Positions 17,879 to 27,243 of a stretch of 64,000 bases of DNA are shown here, piece by piece. The first letter of the stretch is position 1. Each line of letters opens with the position of its first letter. The position numbers and the translations under genes are program-made. The notes under the pieces are model-generated. The model saw nothing but the letters and a program-made list of their open reading frames with translations. It was not told the DNA's origin and searched no databases. Origin of the DNA: Armatimonadota bacterium. Its GTDB lineage: Bacteria; Armatimonadota; UBA5829; DTJY01. The stretch is taken from the NCBI GenBank assembly GCA_017993055.1, contig JAGONM010000006.1, forward strand, positions 868 through 64,867, written 5' to 3'.

Positions 17879-17961
17879 TGGCGGATCTCCTGTACCTTGT
17901 CGTCATGATGTCCTTTCTCGGTCTGTGCCTCTGGTACGTCCGTGGCGCGGACAGCCTGTGA
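17875..17961 (+). CDS. candidate second small hydrophobic ORF (28 aa, KdpF-like composition)
   Basis: MMADLLYLVVMMSFLGLCLWYVRGADSL, translationally coupled to the previous small ORF, 13 nt upstream of kdpF. Speculative. Confidence 0.25.
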   Translation: MMADLLYLVVMMSFLGLCLWYVRGADSL

Positions 17962-17974
17962 TACGGGAGCCGCG

Positions 17975-18064
17975 ATGAACATCGAATACTTGGTAGTCGG
18001 CATGATCGCGGTGGGGCTTCTGGTCTACCTCGTCTGGGCGCTTCTCAGACCTGATCGACTCTGA
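17975..18064 (+). CDS. kdpF: K+-transporting ATPase subunit F
   Basis: 29-aa hydrophobic peptide MNIEYLVVGMIAVGLLVYLVWALLRPDRL matching the KdpF consensus (...LLVYLVYALLRPEkF). Lies 10 nt upstream of kdpA. Confidence 0.7.
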   Translation: MNIEYLVVGMIAVGLLVYLVWALLRPDRL

Positions 18065-18074
18065 GTGAGAATGG

Positions 18075-19811
18075 ATGCTTCCGATGAGAACTGTCGATCT
18101 TGCGCAGATAGGAATCGTCGTCGCCTTGGTCATCATGGTTGCGAGACCGCTCGGCGCGTACATGGCGCGGGTGTTCAGCGGGGGTCGAACACTACTCGAC
18201 CCGGCGCTCTGCCCGATCGAGCGCGTAATCTACCGGACGTGCGGAATCGACCCGAACGACGAGATGCGCTGGACGACCTACACCGCGACGATGCTCGTCT
18301 TCAACTTCGTCGGCATGATCTTCCTCTACCTCGTGCTGCGCCTCCAGTGTGTCCATCCGCTCAATCCGCAGCAGTTCGGGGGATTCCGCCCGGATCTGGC
18401 GTTCAACACCGCAGTGAGCTTCGTCTCCAACACCAACTGGCAGGCCTATGCGGGCGAAACTACGGCCAGCTACCTGACCCAGATGGCAGGGCTGACCGTC
18501 CAGAACTTCCTCTCGGCGGCGACGGGTGTCGTGTTGGCGATAGCACTCTTCCGGGGACTCACGCGCCGCGGAGCTAACGAGATCGGCAATTTCTGGGTGG
18601 ATATCACACGATGCATCCTGTGGGTCCTGCTACCGATGTCTATCGTGTGCGCTCTAGCGCTCGTGTCGCAGGGGGTCATACAGAACCTCTCCCCGCACAT
18701 GGTTGCGACCACAATGGAGGGCCGACACCAGATGATCGCCCAGGGGCCTGTCGCATCTCAGGAGGCGATCAAGATGATCGGCACGAATGGCGGCGGATTC
18801 CTCAACGCGAACTCCGCCCATCCTTATGAGAACTCAACTCCTCTGACGAACCTGATCGAGATGCTTTCGATCTTCGCCATCCCCGCGGGGCTCACGTACA
18901 CCTTTGGCCGGTTCGCCGGCAACCAGCGTCAGGGATGGGTGTTCTTTTCCGCGATGATGATTCTCTTTCTTGCCGGACTTGGTGTGACGTACTGGGCGGA
19001 GTCCGCCGCGAACCCAAACCTTGCCTCACTCGGGGTTGACCAGGCAGCCGGCACCGCTCAGAGCGGCGGCAACATGGAGGGCAAGGAGGTCCGATTCGGG
19101 ATTGCCAACTCGGTGCTCTTCGCAACCATGACAACTGATGCGTCCTGCGGCGCGGTGAACAGCATGCACGACAGCTATACCCCGCTCGGGGGAGGGATGC
19201 TGATGCTGAACATCGCGCTAGGCGAGGTGATCTTCGGCGGCGTGGGAGCGGGGATGCTGGGCATTATCGTCTTTGCCGTTCTCGCGGTTTTCATCGCCGG
19301 ACTAATGGTCGGGCGCACTCCCGAATACCTTGGGAAGAAGATCGAGCCGAAGGAGATGAAGATGGCGATGCTGGCAGTGTTGGTCGTCGCGGCAAGCGTG
19401 CTCTGTGTCGGCGCGCTCGCATCTAGCGTCGCGCCGGGGCTTGTCGGGCGGCTGAACGCGGGTCCTCACGGCCTTTCCGAGATACTCTATTCCGCCACAT
19501 CGGCAAGCGGTAACAACGGAAGCGCGTTCGCCGGACTGACGTCTGGCACACCGTTCTACGATCTCATTCTGGGTCTGGCCATGCTTATCGGACGGTTTCT
19601 CTTCATCATCCCGACGATGGCGATCGCCGGATCGATGGTCGCCAAGAGGACCGTCCCGGAGACTAGTGGCACATTCCCGACGACTGGCGGCCTGTTCGTC
19701 TGCCTGGTCGTCGCGGTTATACTGATCATTGGGGCGTTGACCTTCTTCCCGGCGTATGCGCTCGGCCCGATTGTCGAGCATTTCCTGATGCACGCGGGAC
19801 AAACGTTCTAG
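18075..19811 (+). CDS. kdpA: K+-transporting ATPase subunit A
   Basis: 578 aa, polytopic, KdpA-like throughout (MTNGGGF-type selectivity segments, e.g. [19 protein letters not shown]). Confidence 0.95.
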   Translation: MLPMRTVDLAQIGIVVALVIMVARPLGAYMARVFSGGRTLLDPALCPIERVIYRTCGIDPNDEMRWTTYTATMLVFNFVGMIFLYLVLRLQCVHPLNPQQFGGFRPDLAFNTAVSFVSNTNWQAYAGETTASYLTQMAGLTVQNFLSAATGVVLAIALFRGLTRRGANEIGNFWVDITRCILWVLLPMSIVCALALVSQGVIQNLSPHMVATTMEGRHQMIAQGPVASQEAIKMIGTNGGGFLNANSAHPYENSTPLTNLIEMLSIFAIPAGLTYTFGRFAGNQRQGWVFFSAMMILFLAGLGVTYWAESAANPNLASLGVDQAAGTAQSGGNMEGKEVRFGIANSVLFATMTTDASCGAVNSMHDSYTPLGGGMLMLNIALGEVIFGGVGAGMLGIIVFAVLAVFIAGLMVGRTPEYLGKKIEPKEMKMAMLAVLVVAASVLCVGALASSVAPGLVGRLNAGPHGLSEILYSATSASGNNGSAFAGLTSGTPFYDLILGLAMLIGRFLFIIPTMAIAGSMVAKRTVPETSGTFPTTGGLFVCLVVAVILIIGALTFFPAYALGPIVEHFLMHAGQTF

Positions 19812-19843
19812 CTGGAGGGGTGCGAGAGGTGGACGTAACAGGC

Positions 19844-21913
19844 ATGACCGATGTCGCGCGAAGTGAGTTTGGTGCAGGCCGTGGCAAGAATCGGAGAGTG
19901 CCGCAGAGCGAGTTGATCAAACAGGCGGTGATCCGGTCGTTCGCGAAGCTCGACCCGAGAAGCCTCGCCCGCAATCCGGTGATTTTCGTGACCGAGGTCG
20001 GAAGCGCCGTCTGTACAGGCTACGTCTTCCTGGCCCTGGTGCGGGCCTCGGGCGATATCGCCTTCCTGGGCGGCATAGCGGCTTGGCTCTGGTTCACCGT
20101 TCTTTTCGCCAACTTCGCCGAAGCCATGGCCGAGGGTCGTGGAAAGGCACAGGCCGATAGTCTGCGCAAGATGAAGACCGACACGATGGCGAATCTGCGC
20201 GCTGACGGCGAGATCCGGCGGGTACCGGCCACGGAGCTCCGGAAAGGCGACACCGTGGTGATCTCCGCGGGCGAGACCATACCCGGCGATGGCGATGTTA
20301 TCGAAGGCATCGCATCGGTCGATGAGTCCGCCATTACAGGTGAATCCGCTCCGGTCATCCGCGAGAGCGGCGGGGACAGGAGTGCGGTCACCGGCGGGAC
20401 GAAGGTACTCTCAGACCAGATTGTCGTGCGAATCACTTCCGAGCCGGGCGAAACCTTCCTCGACTGCATGATCTCTTTGGTGGAAGGGGCATCGAGGCGG
20501 AAGACGCCCAACGAGATGGCTCTGGATATCCTGCTCGCCGGGCTGACGATCATCTTCCTTCTCGTCGCGGTGACCCTCCAGGCGTTTGCGATCTACTCGG
20601 GCGGCGCAGTGCCGATCTCCGTGCTCGTCGCTCTGCTCGTCTGTCTGATACCAACCACCATCGGTGGCCTCCTTTCCGCGATCGGCATCGCGGGGATGGA
20701 CAGGCTGATCCGACACAACGTCCTCGCCATGTCCGGCCGCGCCGTCGAGGCTGCCGGAGATATCGACACCCTATTGTTGGACAAGACCGGTACGATCACC
20801 CTGGGCAATCGGCAGGCCGGCGAGTTCGTTCCCATGCCCGGCGTCGAACTGAGCGAGGTCGCCGACGCTGCGCAGTTGTCTTCTCTCAGCGACGAGACAC
20901 CCGAGGGGCGGAGCATCGTGGTGCTCGCGAAGAACAGCTTCGGGCTCCGAGGGCGGCACATCAACGAGGCCGAGGCGCGGTTCGTACCGTTCACGGCGGA
21001 GACGAGGATGAGCGGCATTGATCTGAACGGTCGGCACATCCGGAAGGGTGCGGTCGACTCCGTGGTCTGCTGGGTGAGGCAGCAGGGAGGAGAGTCGCCG
21101 CCTGAGTTGGACGTAGTCGTGAAACGAATCTGCAGTTCGGGAGGGACTCCCCTTGCAGTCGCCGAGGGTGATCGGATACTCGGCGTGGTCCACCTCAAGG
21201 ATGTCGTCAAGGGGGGCATACAGGAGCGATTCGGCCAACTGAGGGCGATGGGGATTCGCACCGTCATGGTTACCGGAGACAACCCGATAACCGCATCTTG
21301 GATTGCTCGGGAGGCCGGGGTTGACGACTTCCTGGCGCAGGCCAGCCCGGAAAACAAGCTGGAACTGATCCGGAAGGAGCAGGCGCGGGGCAAGCTCGTG
21401 GCGATGACCGGGGACGGCACAAACGATGCTCCCGCGCTTGCACAGGCCGACGTCGGGGTCGCGATGAACACAGGCACGACCGCCGCCAAGGAGGCCGGGA
21501 ACATGGTCGATCTGGACTCCAATCCGACAAAGCTCATTGAGATTGTTGAGATCGGAAAGCAGTTGCTGATGACCCGAGGGGCGTTGACGACCTTCAGCAT
21601 CGCTAACGATGTCGCGAAGTATTTCGCGATCATCCCCGCGATATTTGCTGGGACGTACCCGGTGCTTAACAAGCTCAACATCACGCATCTGAACTCCCCG
21701 CACAGTGCGGTCTTGTCCGCGGTGATCTTCAATGCGCTGATCATCGTCGCTCTGATCCCGCTCGCGCTCAGGGGTGTGCGATACCGGCCGCTCGGGGCAG
21801 GGGCGCTTCTCAGGAACAACCTGCTTGTGTACGGCTTGGGAGGGTTGATCGCTCCATTCATCGGCCTGAAGTTGCTGGATCTGCTTCTGGTGGCTCTCGG
21901 TCTGGCCGGTTAG
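19844..21913 (+). CDS. kdpB: K+-transporting P-type ATPase subunit B
   Basis: P-type ATPase motifs DKTGTIT and [12 protein letters not shown]. The N-terminus is KdpB-like. The ORF-track start at 19820 abuts the RBS with no spacer, so I place the start at the ATG at 19844 after GAGAGGTGG. Confidence 0.9.
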   Translation: MTDVARSEFGAGRGKNRRVPQSELIKQAVIRSFAKLDPRSLARNPVIFVTEVGSAVCTGYVFLALVRASGDIAFLGGIAAWLWFTVLFANFAEAMAEGRGKAQADSLRKMKTDTMANLRADGEIRRVPATELRKGDTVVISAGETIPGDGDVIEGIASVDESAITGESAPVIRESGGDRSAVTGGTKVLSDQIVVRITSEPGETFLDCMISLVEGASRRKTPNEMALDILLAGLTIIFLLVAVTLQAFAIYSGGAVPISVLVALLVCLIPTTIGGLLSAIGIAGMDRLIRHNVLAMSGRAVEAAGDIDTLLLDKTGTITLGNRQAGEFVPMPGVELSEVADAAQLSSLSDETPEGRSIVVLAKNSFGLRGRHINEAEARFVPFTAETRMSGIDLNGRHIRKGAVDSVVCWVRQQGGESPPELDVVVKRICSSGGTPLAVAEGDRILGVVHLKDVVKGGIQERFGQLRAMGIRTVMVTGDNPITASWIAREAGVDDFLAQASPENKLELIRKEQARGKLVAMTGDGTNDAPALAQADVGVAMNTGTTAAKEAGNMVDLDSNPTKLIEIVEIGKQLLMTRGALTTFSIANDVAKYFAIIPAIFAGTYPVLNKLNITHLNSPHSAVLSAVIFNALIIVALIPLALRGVRYRPLGAGALLRNNLLVYGLGGLIAPFIGLKLLDLLLVALGLAG

Positions 21914-21929
21914 ATAAGGTGTCTCAACC

Positions 21930-22502
21930 ATGTTACGGCACGTCGTGATATCTACGAAACTGATCCTGCTCAGTACGGTCCTGCTCGGTCTGTTCTATCC
22001 CTGGGCGATCACAGGCATCGCCCAGGTAGTGTGGCCCGACCGGGCGAATGGGAGCTTGGTGGAACGGAACGGCTGCATCGTGGGTTCGATGCTGATCGGA
22101 CAGGCCTTCTCGCGGCCCGAGTACTTTCATCCTCGACCGTCTGCCGCGGGAGAAGGCTATGATGCATCGGCATCGGCCGGCTCGAATCTGGGGCCGACTA
22201 GCAGGGTGCTCAGAGACCGCGTAAGCGCGGACGTTCGTAGACTGATCAGGGAGAACCCGGGGCTGAGGCGCGGCGCGATCCCGGTGGACATGGTGACCGC
22301 GTCAGCGAGCGGGCTGGATCCGGACATCTCTCCTGCGAACGCATACTCCCAGGCCGCGCGGGTCGCCGCCGTACGGGGGATGACGCTCGCCGAGATGCGA
22401 AATCTCATCCGCGAGAACACGACGCCCCGGCAGTTCGGCATTCTCGGAGAGCCGAGGGTGAACGTGCTCCGGCTCAATATGGCTCTCCAGGGGTTGCCAT
22501 GA
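21930..22502 (+). CDS. kdpC: K+-transporting ATPase subunit C
   Basis: 190 aa with a single N-terminal TM helix (LILLSTVLLGLFYPWAITGIAQ). KdpC family. Confidence 0.9.
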   Translation: MLRHVVISTKLILLSTVLLGLFYPWAITGIAQVVWPDRANGSLVERNGCIVGSMLIGQAFSRPEYFHPRPSAAGEGYDASASAGSNLGPTSRVLRDRVSADVRRLIRENPGLRRGAIPVDMVTASASGLDPDISPANAYSQAARVAAVRGMTLAEMRNLIRENTTPRQFGILGEPRVNVLRLNMALQGLP

Positions 22503-22536
22503 TCCCATTCGTCCTATCCGTTCTCGAGGTTCCATA

Positions 22537-23661
22537 GTGACCGAAGAACAATCCGAACTGCGATCGCATGTCGCCGATAGTCGCGGCCGTCTGAAGATCT
22601 TCCTCGGCGCAGTGCCCGGAGTGGGCAAGACGTTCAGGATGCTCTCGGAGGCCCACCGACGTTTCGCGCGCGGGGAAGACGTGGTGATCGGCCTCATCGA
22701 GACCCACGGACGCCCCGCGACAGCGGAACTGATCGAGGGTCTCGAGCAGATCCCTCTGAAGCAGATCGAATATCGCGGCAAGACATTTCACGAGCTGGAC
22801 ACGGCCGCCGTGATAGAGCGCAAACCCGAATGGGTCCTCGTGGATGAGATGGCTCACACCAACGTCCCCGGCACAGTCCACGCCAAACGATGGCAGAGCA
22901 TCGATGAGATACGCAACGCCGGCATCAACGTGATCTCGACGCTCAACATCCAGCACTTGGATAGCCTTAACGACACGGTTTTGGAGCTGACCGGCGTTCG
23001 AGTGAGGGAGACCATTCCGGATTCCGTCGTCATGGAAGCGGACGAGGTGGAGTTGGTGGACCTGACCCCGGATGCCGTAATCAATCGGCTGAGGCGCGGG
23101 GATATATACCGCGAAGAGAAGATCTCCCAGGCGCTCGCCAATTTCTTCAAGAAGGGGAACATCGTGGCGCTTCGGGAGCTTGCTCTGCGAATGACCGCCG
23201 ATGAGGTGGACGTACAGCTGCATCAGTACATGCAGAACCACCACATGGAGCAGGCCAAGCTCGCGCGCGAGCATATCGTCGTGGCGGTCGCTCCTCGTCT
23301 GCTCTCGCTGAAGCTCGTTCGCAGGGGCTACAGGCTAGCGCGGCGCACTCAGGGCGACTTCGTCTGCGTATACGTGCGCGTGCCGGGCTCGACGCCCGGC
23401 AGGAGGGAACTGCACATCCTCGAGGAAGTCCGCGACCTCACTCGAAACCTCGGCGGCGAGTGGGCGGAACTCCAGGGTGACTCCATCGCCGAGGAACTGA
23501 TCAAGTACGTGCGCGAATCCGGGACCACGCTTATCGTGATGGGGCAGTCCGCACGCAGGCGATGGAACGAGATCGTGCGAGGCTCGATCGTCAACCGGAT
23601 CATGCGCGAGATAAAGAATGTGGACATCCTAGTGATCGCTCACACCGAAGAGGAAGAATGA
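22537..23661 (+). CDS. kdpD: KdpD N-terminal sensor domain (PF02702-like, Walker A) plus Usp domain, as a stand-alone protein
   Basis: LKIFLGAVPGVGKTFRMLSEAHRR...LVDEMAHTNVPG...RWQSIDEIRNAGINVISTLNIQHLDSLND aligns closely with the N-terminus of E. coli KdpD. The C-terminal Usp fold ends at ILVIAHTEEEE. GTG start 34 nt after kdpC. Confidence 0.85.
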   Translation: MTEEQSELRSHVADSRGRLKIFLGAVPGVGKTFRMLSEAHRRFARGEDVVIGLIETHGRPATAELIEGLEQIPLKQIEYRGKTFHELDTAAVIERKPEWVLVDEMAHTNVPGTVHAKRWQSIDEIRNAGINVISTLNIQHLDSLNDTVLELTGVRVRETIPDSVVMEADEVELVDLTPDAVINRLRRGDIYREEKISQALANFFKKGNIVALRELALRMTADEVDVQLHQYMQNHHMEQAKLAREHIVVAVAPRLLSLKLVRRGYRLARRTQGDFVCVYVRVPGSTPGRRELHILEEVRDLTRNLGGEWAELQGDSIAEELIKYVRESGTTLIVMGQSARRRWNEIVRGSIVNRIMREIKNVDILVIAHTEEEE

Positions 23662-23978
23662 ACGGAATCTTAATGTCTGTCCAGCCTGAGTTCACGCCTG
23701 CTTCACACAGCATCTGCTACACTGGCAGTACTCGAACTGTGCGGATGCGAGGGGAACGCAGTGACAACTACCGCAGCGACTCCTGGACTTTCCTTCGCGG
23801 CGATGTGCGCATGTCCCCGGCATGCAACCCGCCTGCACTGCTGCGTGAAGGTCGAGCAAAAGGCCAACTGCGGTGTCACTCATCCCCGACGCGGATGGTG
23901 CGTGCGCATGCCGGACGAGGCTGAGTCGACGGGTGATCCGGCATCGACCGGCAAGCCCGTCGGATCCCGGAGGATGAA

Positions 23979-25892
23979 ATGCTCTATTGGATCAGGCGAC
24001 TGCTGATCGGGAATCCCATACCCTCCTCGAGAGCGATACATGAGAGGTTGTCGAAGTTCATCGCGCTGCCCGTCTTCGGATCGGACCCGATCTCATCGGT
24101 CGCCTACGCTACTGAGGAAATTCTGCTCGCACTGATCCTCATCGGCCCGCTGCTGATCACGCACTCCAACGCGCTAATCTATATCGCCGTCGCGATCGTT
24201 ACCCTGATGACGATAGTGGCCACCTCGTATCGCCAGACGATCTTCTCGTATCCTTCCGGCGGCGGGGCATACATTGTGGCGAAGGACAATCTCGGCACGA
24301 CTCCGGGCCTCTTTGCAGGAGCCGCCCTGATGATCGACTACGTCCTGACCGTGGCGGTAAGCGTATCGTCCGGTGTTGCGGCCGTTCTATCCTTTCTGCC
24401 CCACTACCAGCACTATCACGTCGAGCTTGCCGTCTGCGTGGTGATATTCATAGCCCTCGCGAACCTGCGCGGTGTTCGGGAGTCCGGAGCGCTGTTCGCC
24501 CTGCCGACTTACGTCTTCGTCGGGAGCGCGCTGACGCTCGTGGCGATGGGTGTGTACCGGATATTCACCGATGCCGGCTTTGCTGTCCCTCCTCCGCCTG
24601 CAGGCTCCGTGCCCGAACCGGTGCACCTCGGCGCGTCAGGTCTCCTGCTGGGTTTTCTTATCCTGAGGGCATTTGCCAGTGGCTGCGCGGCCATGACCGG
24701 GACGGAAGCGGTGAGCAATGGGATACCCGCGTTCCGCCCCCCGGAGTCCAAGAACGCTGCAGCGACTCTGGTGATCATGATATCACTGCTGGCGACACTG
24801 TTCATAGGGATCTCTTTCGTCGCGTGGAAAGGGCACGTGATTCCGATGGAGCAGACAGCAGCAGGGTACCAGACCGTGCCGTCGCAGATCGCGGCAGCGG
24901 TCTTTGGGAGGAACTGGTTCTACTATCTCTTCCAGGTCTCCACTGCTCTGATACTGATACTGGCCGCCAACACGAGTTTCGCCGACTTCCCGCGCCTCGG
25001 TTCCATCATGGCGCGTGACCGTTTCCTGCCTAGACAACTCTACAATCTCGGCGACAAACTCGTCTACTCAAACGGAATCGTCGTGCTGTCGCTCCTTGCG
25101 GTCACCCTGATCGTAGTGTTCCGGGGGGTAGTGAATGCCCTGATACCGTTGTACGCGATTGGTGTGTTTCTCTCGTTCACGCTGTCGCAGTCGGGAATGG
25201 TCAGGCATTTCATCCGCCTCAGACAGCGGGGGTGGCGTCGCGGCGTGATCATCAGCGGAGTGGGGGCCGTCGCGACCGCGATCGTCTGCATCGTGCAGGC
25301 GGTCACCAAGGCCTCGGAGGGGGCGTGGATCGTTCTCATTCTCATACCGACACTCGTATACGTGTTCTCGAGGATCAACAAGCACTACGTTGCTCTCGGC
25401 AACGAACTCCGACTTACCCCGGAGGACAGCTTTGTTCCGATCGACAACGTGGTACTCGTTCTGACTCCGTCGCTGCACAAGGGTGTACTGCCCGCACTGG
25501 AATACGCGAAGTCCCTGTCCGCACAGGTGCGTGCGATACACGTGGAGACCGATCCGCTCGATACCGAACTTCTTGTGGAACGCTGGGACAAGTGGAGTGG
25601 TGGAATCCCTCTTATCATCCTCGAATCTCCATACAGGTCGCTGGTCGGTCCGCTGATGGAGTACCTCGACGAAGTCAAGGAGGAGAGCGGCAACCAGATG
25701 GTCACTGTCGTACTCCCCGAGTTCGTGACCGGCAAGTGGTGGCACCGCATTCTCCACAACCAGTCCGGACTCATGCTCAAGTTCGCGCTCCTGTTCAAGG
25801 ACGGTATCGTCACGTCGAATATCCGATACCATCTTGCCGGGCGGATGAACGGCAGGCGCCGTGCTGCTGCCCGCCAGACTCCATCCTTGTGA
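23979..25892 (+). CDS. kimA: KimA (YdaO)-like APC-superfamily K+/H+ symporter
   Basis: The N-terminus LYWIRRLLIGNPIPSS...LSKFIALPVFGSDPISSVAYATEEIL...SYPSGGGAYIVAKDNLG closely matches B. subtilis KimA (MYHSIKRFLIGKPL...YAYPQGGGAYIVSKENLG). 12 TM helices plus a cytoplasmic C-terminal domain. Confidence 0.8.
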   Translation: MLYWIRRLLIGNPIPSSRAIHERLSKFIALPVFGSDPISSVAYATEEILLALILIGPLLITHSNALIYIAVAIVTLMTIVATSYRQTIFSYPSGGGAYIVAKDNLGTTPGLFAGAALMIDYVLTVAVSVSSGVAAVLSFLPHYQHYHVELAVCVVIFIALANLRGVRESGALFALPTYVFVGSALTLVAMGVYRIFTDAGFAVPPPPAGSVPEPVHLGASGLLLGFLILRAFASGCAAMTGTEAVSNGIPAFRPPESKNAAATLVIMISLLATLFIGISFVAWKGHVIPMEQTAAGYQTVPSQIAAAVFGRNWFYYLFQVSTALILILAANTSFADFPRLGSIMARDRFLPRQLYNLGDKLVYSNGIVVLSLLAVTLIVVFRGVVNALIPLYAIGVFLSFTLSQSGMVRHFIRLRQRGWRRGVIISGVGAVATAIVCIVQAVTKASEGAWIVLILIPTLVYVFSRINKHYVALGNELRLTPEDSFVPIDNVVLVLTPSLHKGVLPALEYAKSLSAQVRAIHVETDPLDTELLVERWDKWSGGIPLIILESPYRSLVGPLMEYLDEVKEESGNQMVTVVLPEFVTGKWWHRILHNQSGLMLKFALLFKDGIVTSNIRYHLAGRMNGRRRAAARQTPSL

Positions 25893-25991
25893 CAACCGCG
25901 CTCGTGAGACCGGCGTGTCTCTTGCAGAGGCAGGTCGAAGATCGTCCCGCGCCGAACAGTTCACTGGCATCAGTCTGGAAAGGCGGCGCCG

Positions 25992-27200
25992 GTGAGAACT
26001 GCTGTATCCATCGTCAAGTGCGAAGACTACACGCCGTCGAACGTCCTCCGGGCCGTTAGGGAAGCGGTTGACCTTATAGGCGGCATCGAGCGGTTCGTCA
26101 CGTTCGGCGAGAAGGTGCTCATCAAGCCCAACCTGCTGTCCCCTCATCCGCCGGAACACGCCGTCACTACGCATCCCGCTGTCGTCGAAGCGGTCGTAGG
26201 CCTCGCGGCCGCGTCCGGAGCCAGGTGCGTGATCGGCGACTGCCCCTCGATCCGCGCCGACACTCCGGTGGGCTACGAGCATCTCCTGAGAGTCACCGGC
26301 ATGGCCGACGTTCTGCAGCGAACCGGGGCGACCTCGCTCCGCTTGGACGAACGCCGAATGGAGCGCGAGGTACCCGATGCCCGAGTCTTTCGCAGCATAA
26401 CGCTGACCGAGGCTCTCAATGGTGGAGAGGCTCTGATCAGTGTCTGCAAGTTCAAGACTCACGAGCTGACGCTTCTCTCGGGAGCGGTCAAGAACCTCTT
26501 CGGCCTGATTCCGGGGCGTCGCAAGTTGCAGTACCACCTTCAGGCGGGCAGCAATCCCGAGATGTTCGCTCAGATACTCGTGGACCTGCTTCGAGCGGTC
26601 CGGCCGACTCTCTCGATCATGGACGGCATCGTCGGCATGGACGGGCAGGGTCCGGCTGCCGGTCGGAGGCGCACCTTCGGCGTGATCATCGCATCGTCCG
26701 ATCCGGTCGCGCTCGATGCGGTCGCCTGCGCGGCCGCTGGCGTCGATCCGATGGAGATTCCTACTCTCAGGCTCGCGCATGAGCAGGGGGTCGGTGTCGC
26801 CGATCTCTCGCAGATACAGGTCGTCGGTGCTGCGGTGAGCGAAGTGCGCATCGAGGACTTCCTCATGCCTCCCAGAGGGGATATCGTGAGCCGCCTGCCG
26901 AAACCTCTATATCGGATGCTCCGCAACCAGTTGGTGCGCAAGCCTGTCTTCATTCGGAAGAGGTGCTCCGGCTGCCGGAGCTGTGTGAAGACCTGCGCGG
27001 TTGAGGCCATAGCCGGGAAGGGTAAGAACCTGCGGGTTGACTACGCGGCGTGTATTCGGTGTTACTGCTGCCAGGAAGTGTGCCCCGAGCAGGCGATCAG
27101 ACTCGCGATGAGCCCGCTCAGGAGTTTCGTCGAGGCCGCGCGGCGGGTCAGGAGGAAACTGCGGCGCCTGTTCCGAAGTGAAGCATCCGTTGGAAAGTGA
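25992..27200 (+). CDS. DUF362 domain protein with a C-terminal 2x[4Fe-4S] ferredoxin domain
   Basis: DUF362-like N-terminus (VKCEDYTP...VLIKPNLLSPHPPEHAVTTHP). C-terminal CSGCRSCVKTCAVEAI / CIRCYCCQEVCPEQAI are two CxxCxxCxxxCP clusters. Confidence 0.7.
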   Translation: MRTAVSIVKCEDYTPSNVLRAVREAVDLIGGIERFVTFGEKVLIKPNLLSPHPPEHAVTTHPAVVEAVVGLAAASGARCVIGDCPSIRADTPVGYEHLLRVTGMADVLQRTGATSLRLDERRMEREVPDARVFRSITLTEALNGGEALISVCKFKTHELTLLSGAVKNLFGLIPGRRKLQYHLQAGSNPEMFAQILVDLLRAVRPTLSIMDGIVGMDGQGPAAGRRRTFGVIIASSDPVALDAVACAAAGVDPMEIPTLRLAHEQGVGVADLSQIQVVGAAVSEVRIEDFLMPPRGDIVSRLPKPLYRMLRNQLVRKPVFIRKRCSGCRSCVKTCAVEAIAGKGKNLRVDYAACIRCYCCQEVCPEQAIRLAMSPLRSFVEAARRVRRKLRRLFRSEASVGK

Positions 27201-27243
27201 GTCTAATGATTGTATCCAGTCTCGTATCCGAGAGGAGAGTGCC

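Noticed and set aside
17584-17961. 125-aa ORF from the ORF track
   Set aside because: It begins inside kdpE and upstream of the predicted kdp promoter. Only its last 28 codons (17875..17961) are plausibly translated, and I list those as a low-confidence small ORF.
17975-18064. Suspected frameshift in kdpF
   Set aside because: An early misreading of a line junction suggested a broken reading frame. Re-reading the sequence shows an intact 29-codon kdpF (gtc ggc atg atc...).
20593-21931. Two long minus-strand ORFs (422 and 386 aa)
   Set aside because: Both are antisense to kdpB, whose P-type ATPase motifs DKTGT and GDGxNDAPAL read unambiguously on the plus strand.
23662-23978. Confident annotation of a ydaO c-di-AMP riboswitch
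   Set aside because: I could not match the conserved ydaO core by eye, so it is reported only as a hypothesis in the findings, not as a feature.
25068-26780. 570-aa minus-strand ORF
   Set aside because: It is antisense to the KimA-like transporter and the DUF362 gene. Its Arg/Asp/Leu-rich, low-complexity composition is typical of a spurious reverse-frame ORF in high-GC DNA, and it has no homology.
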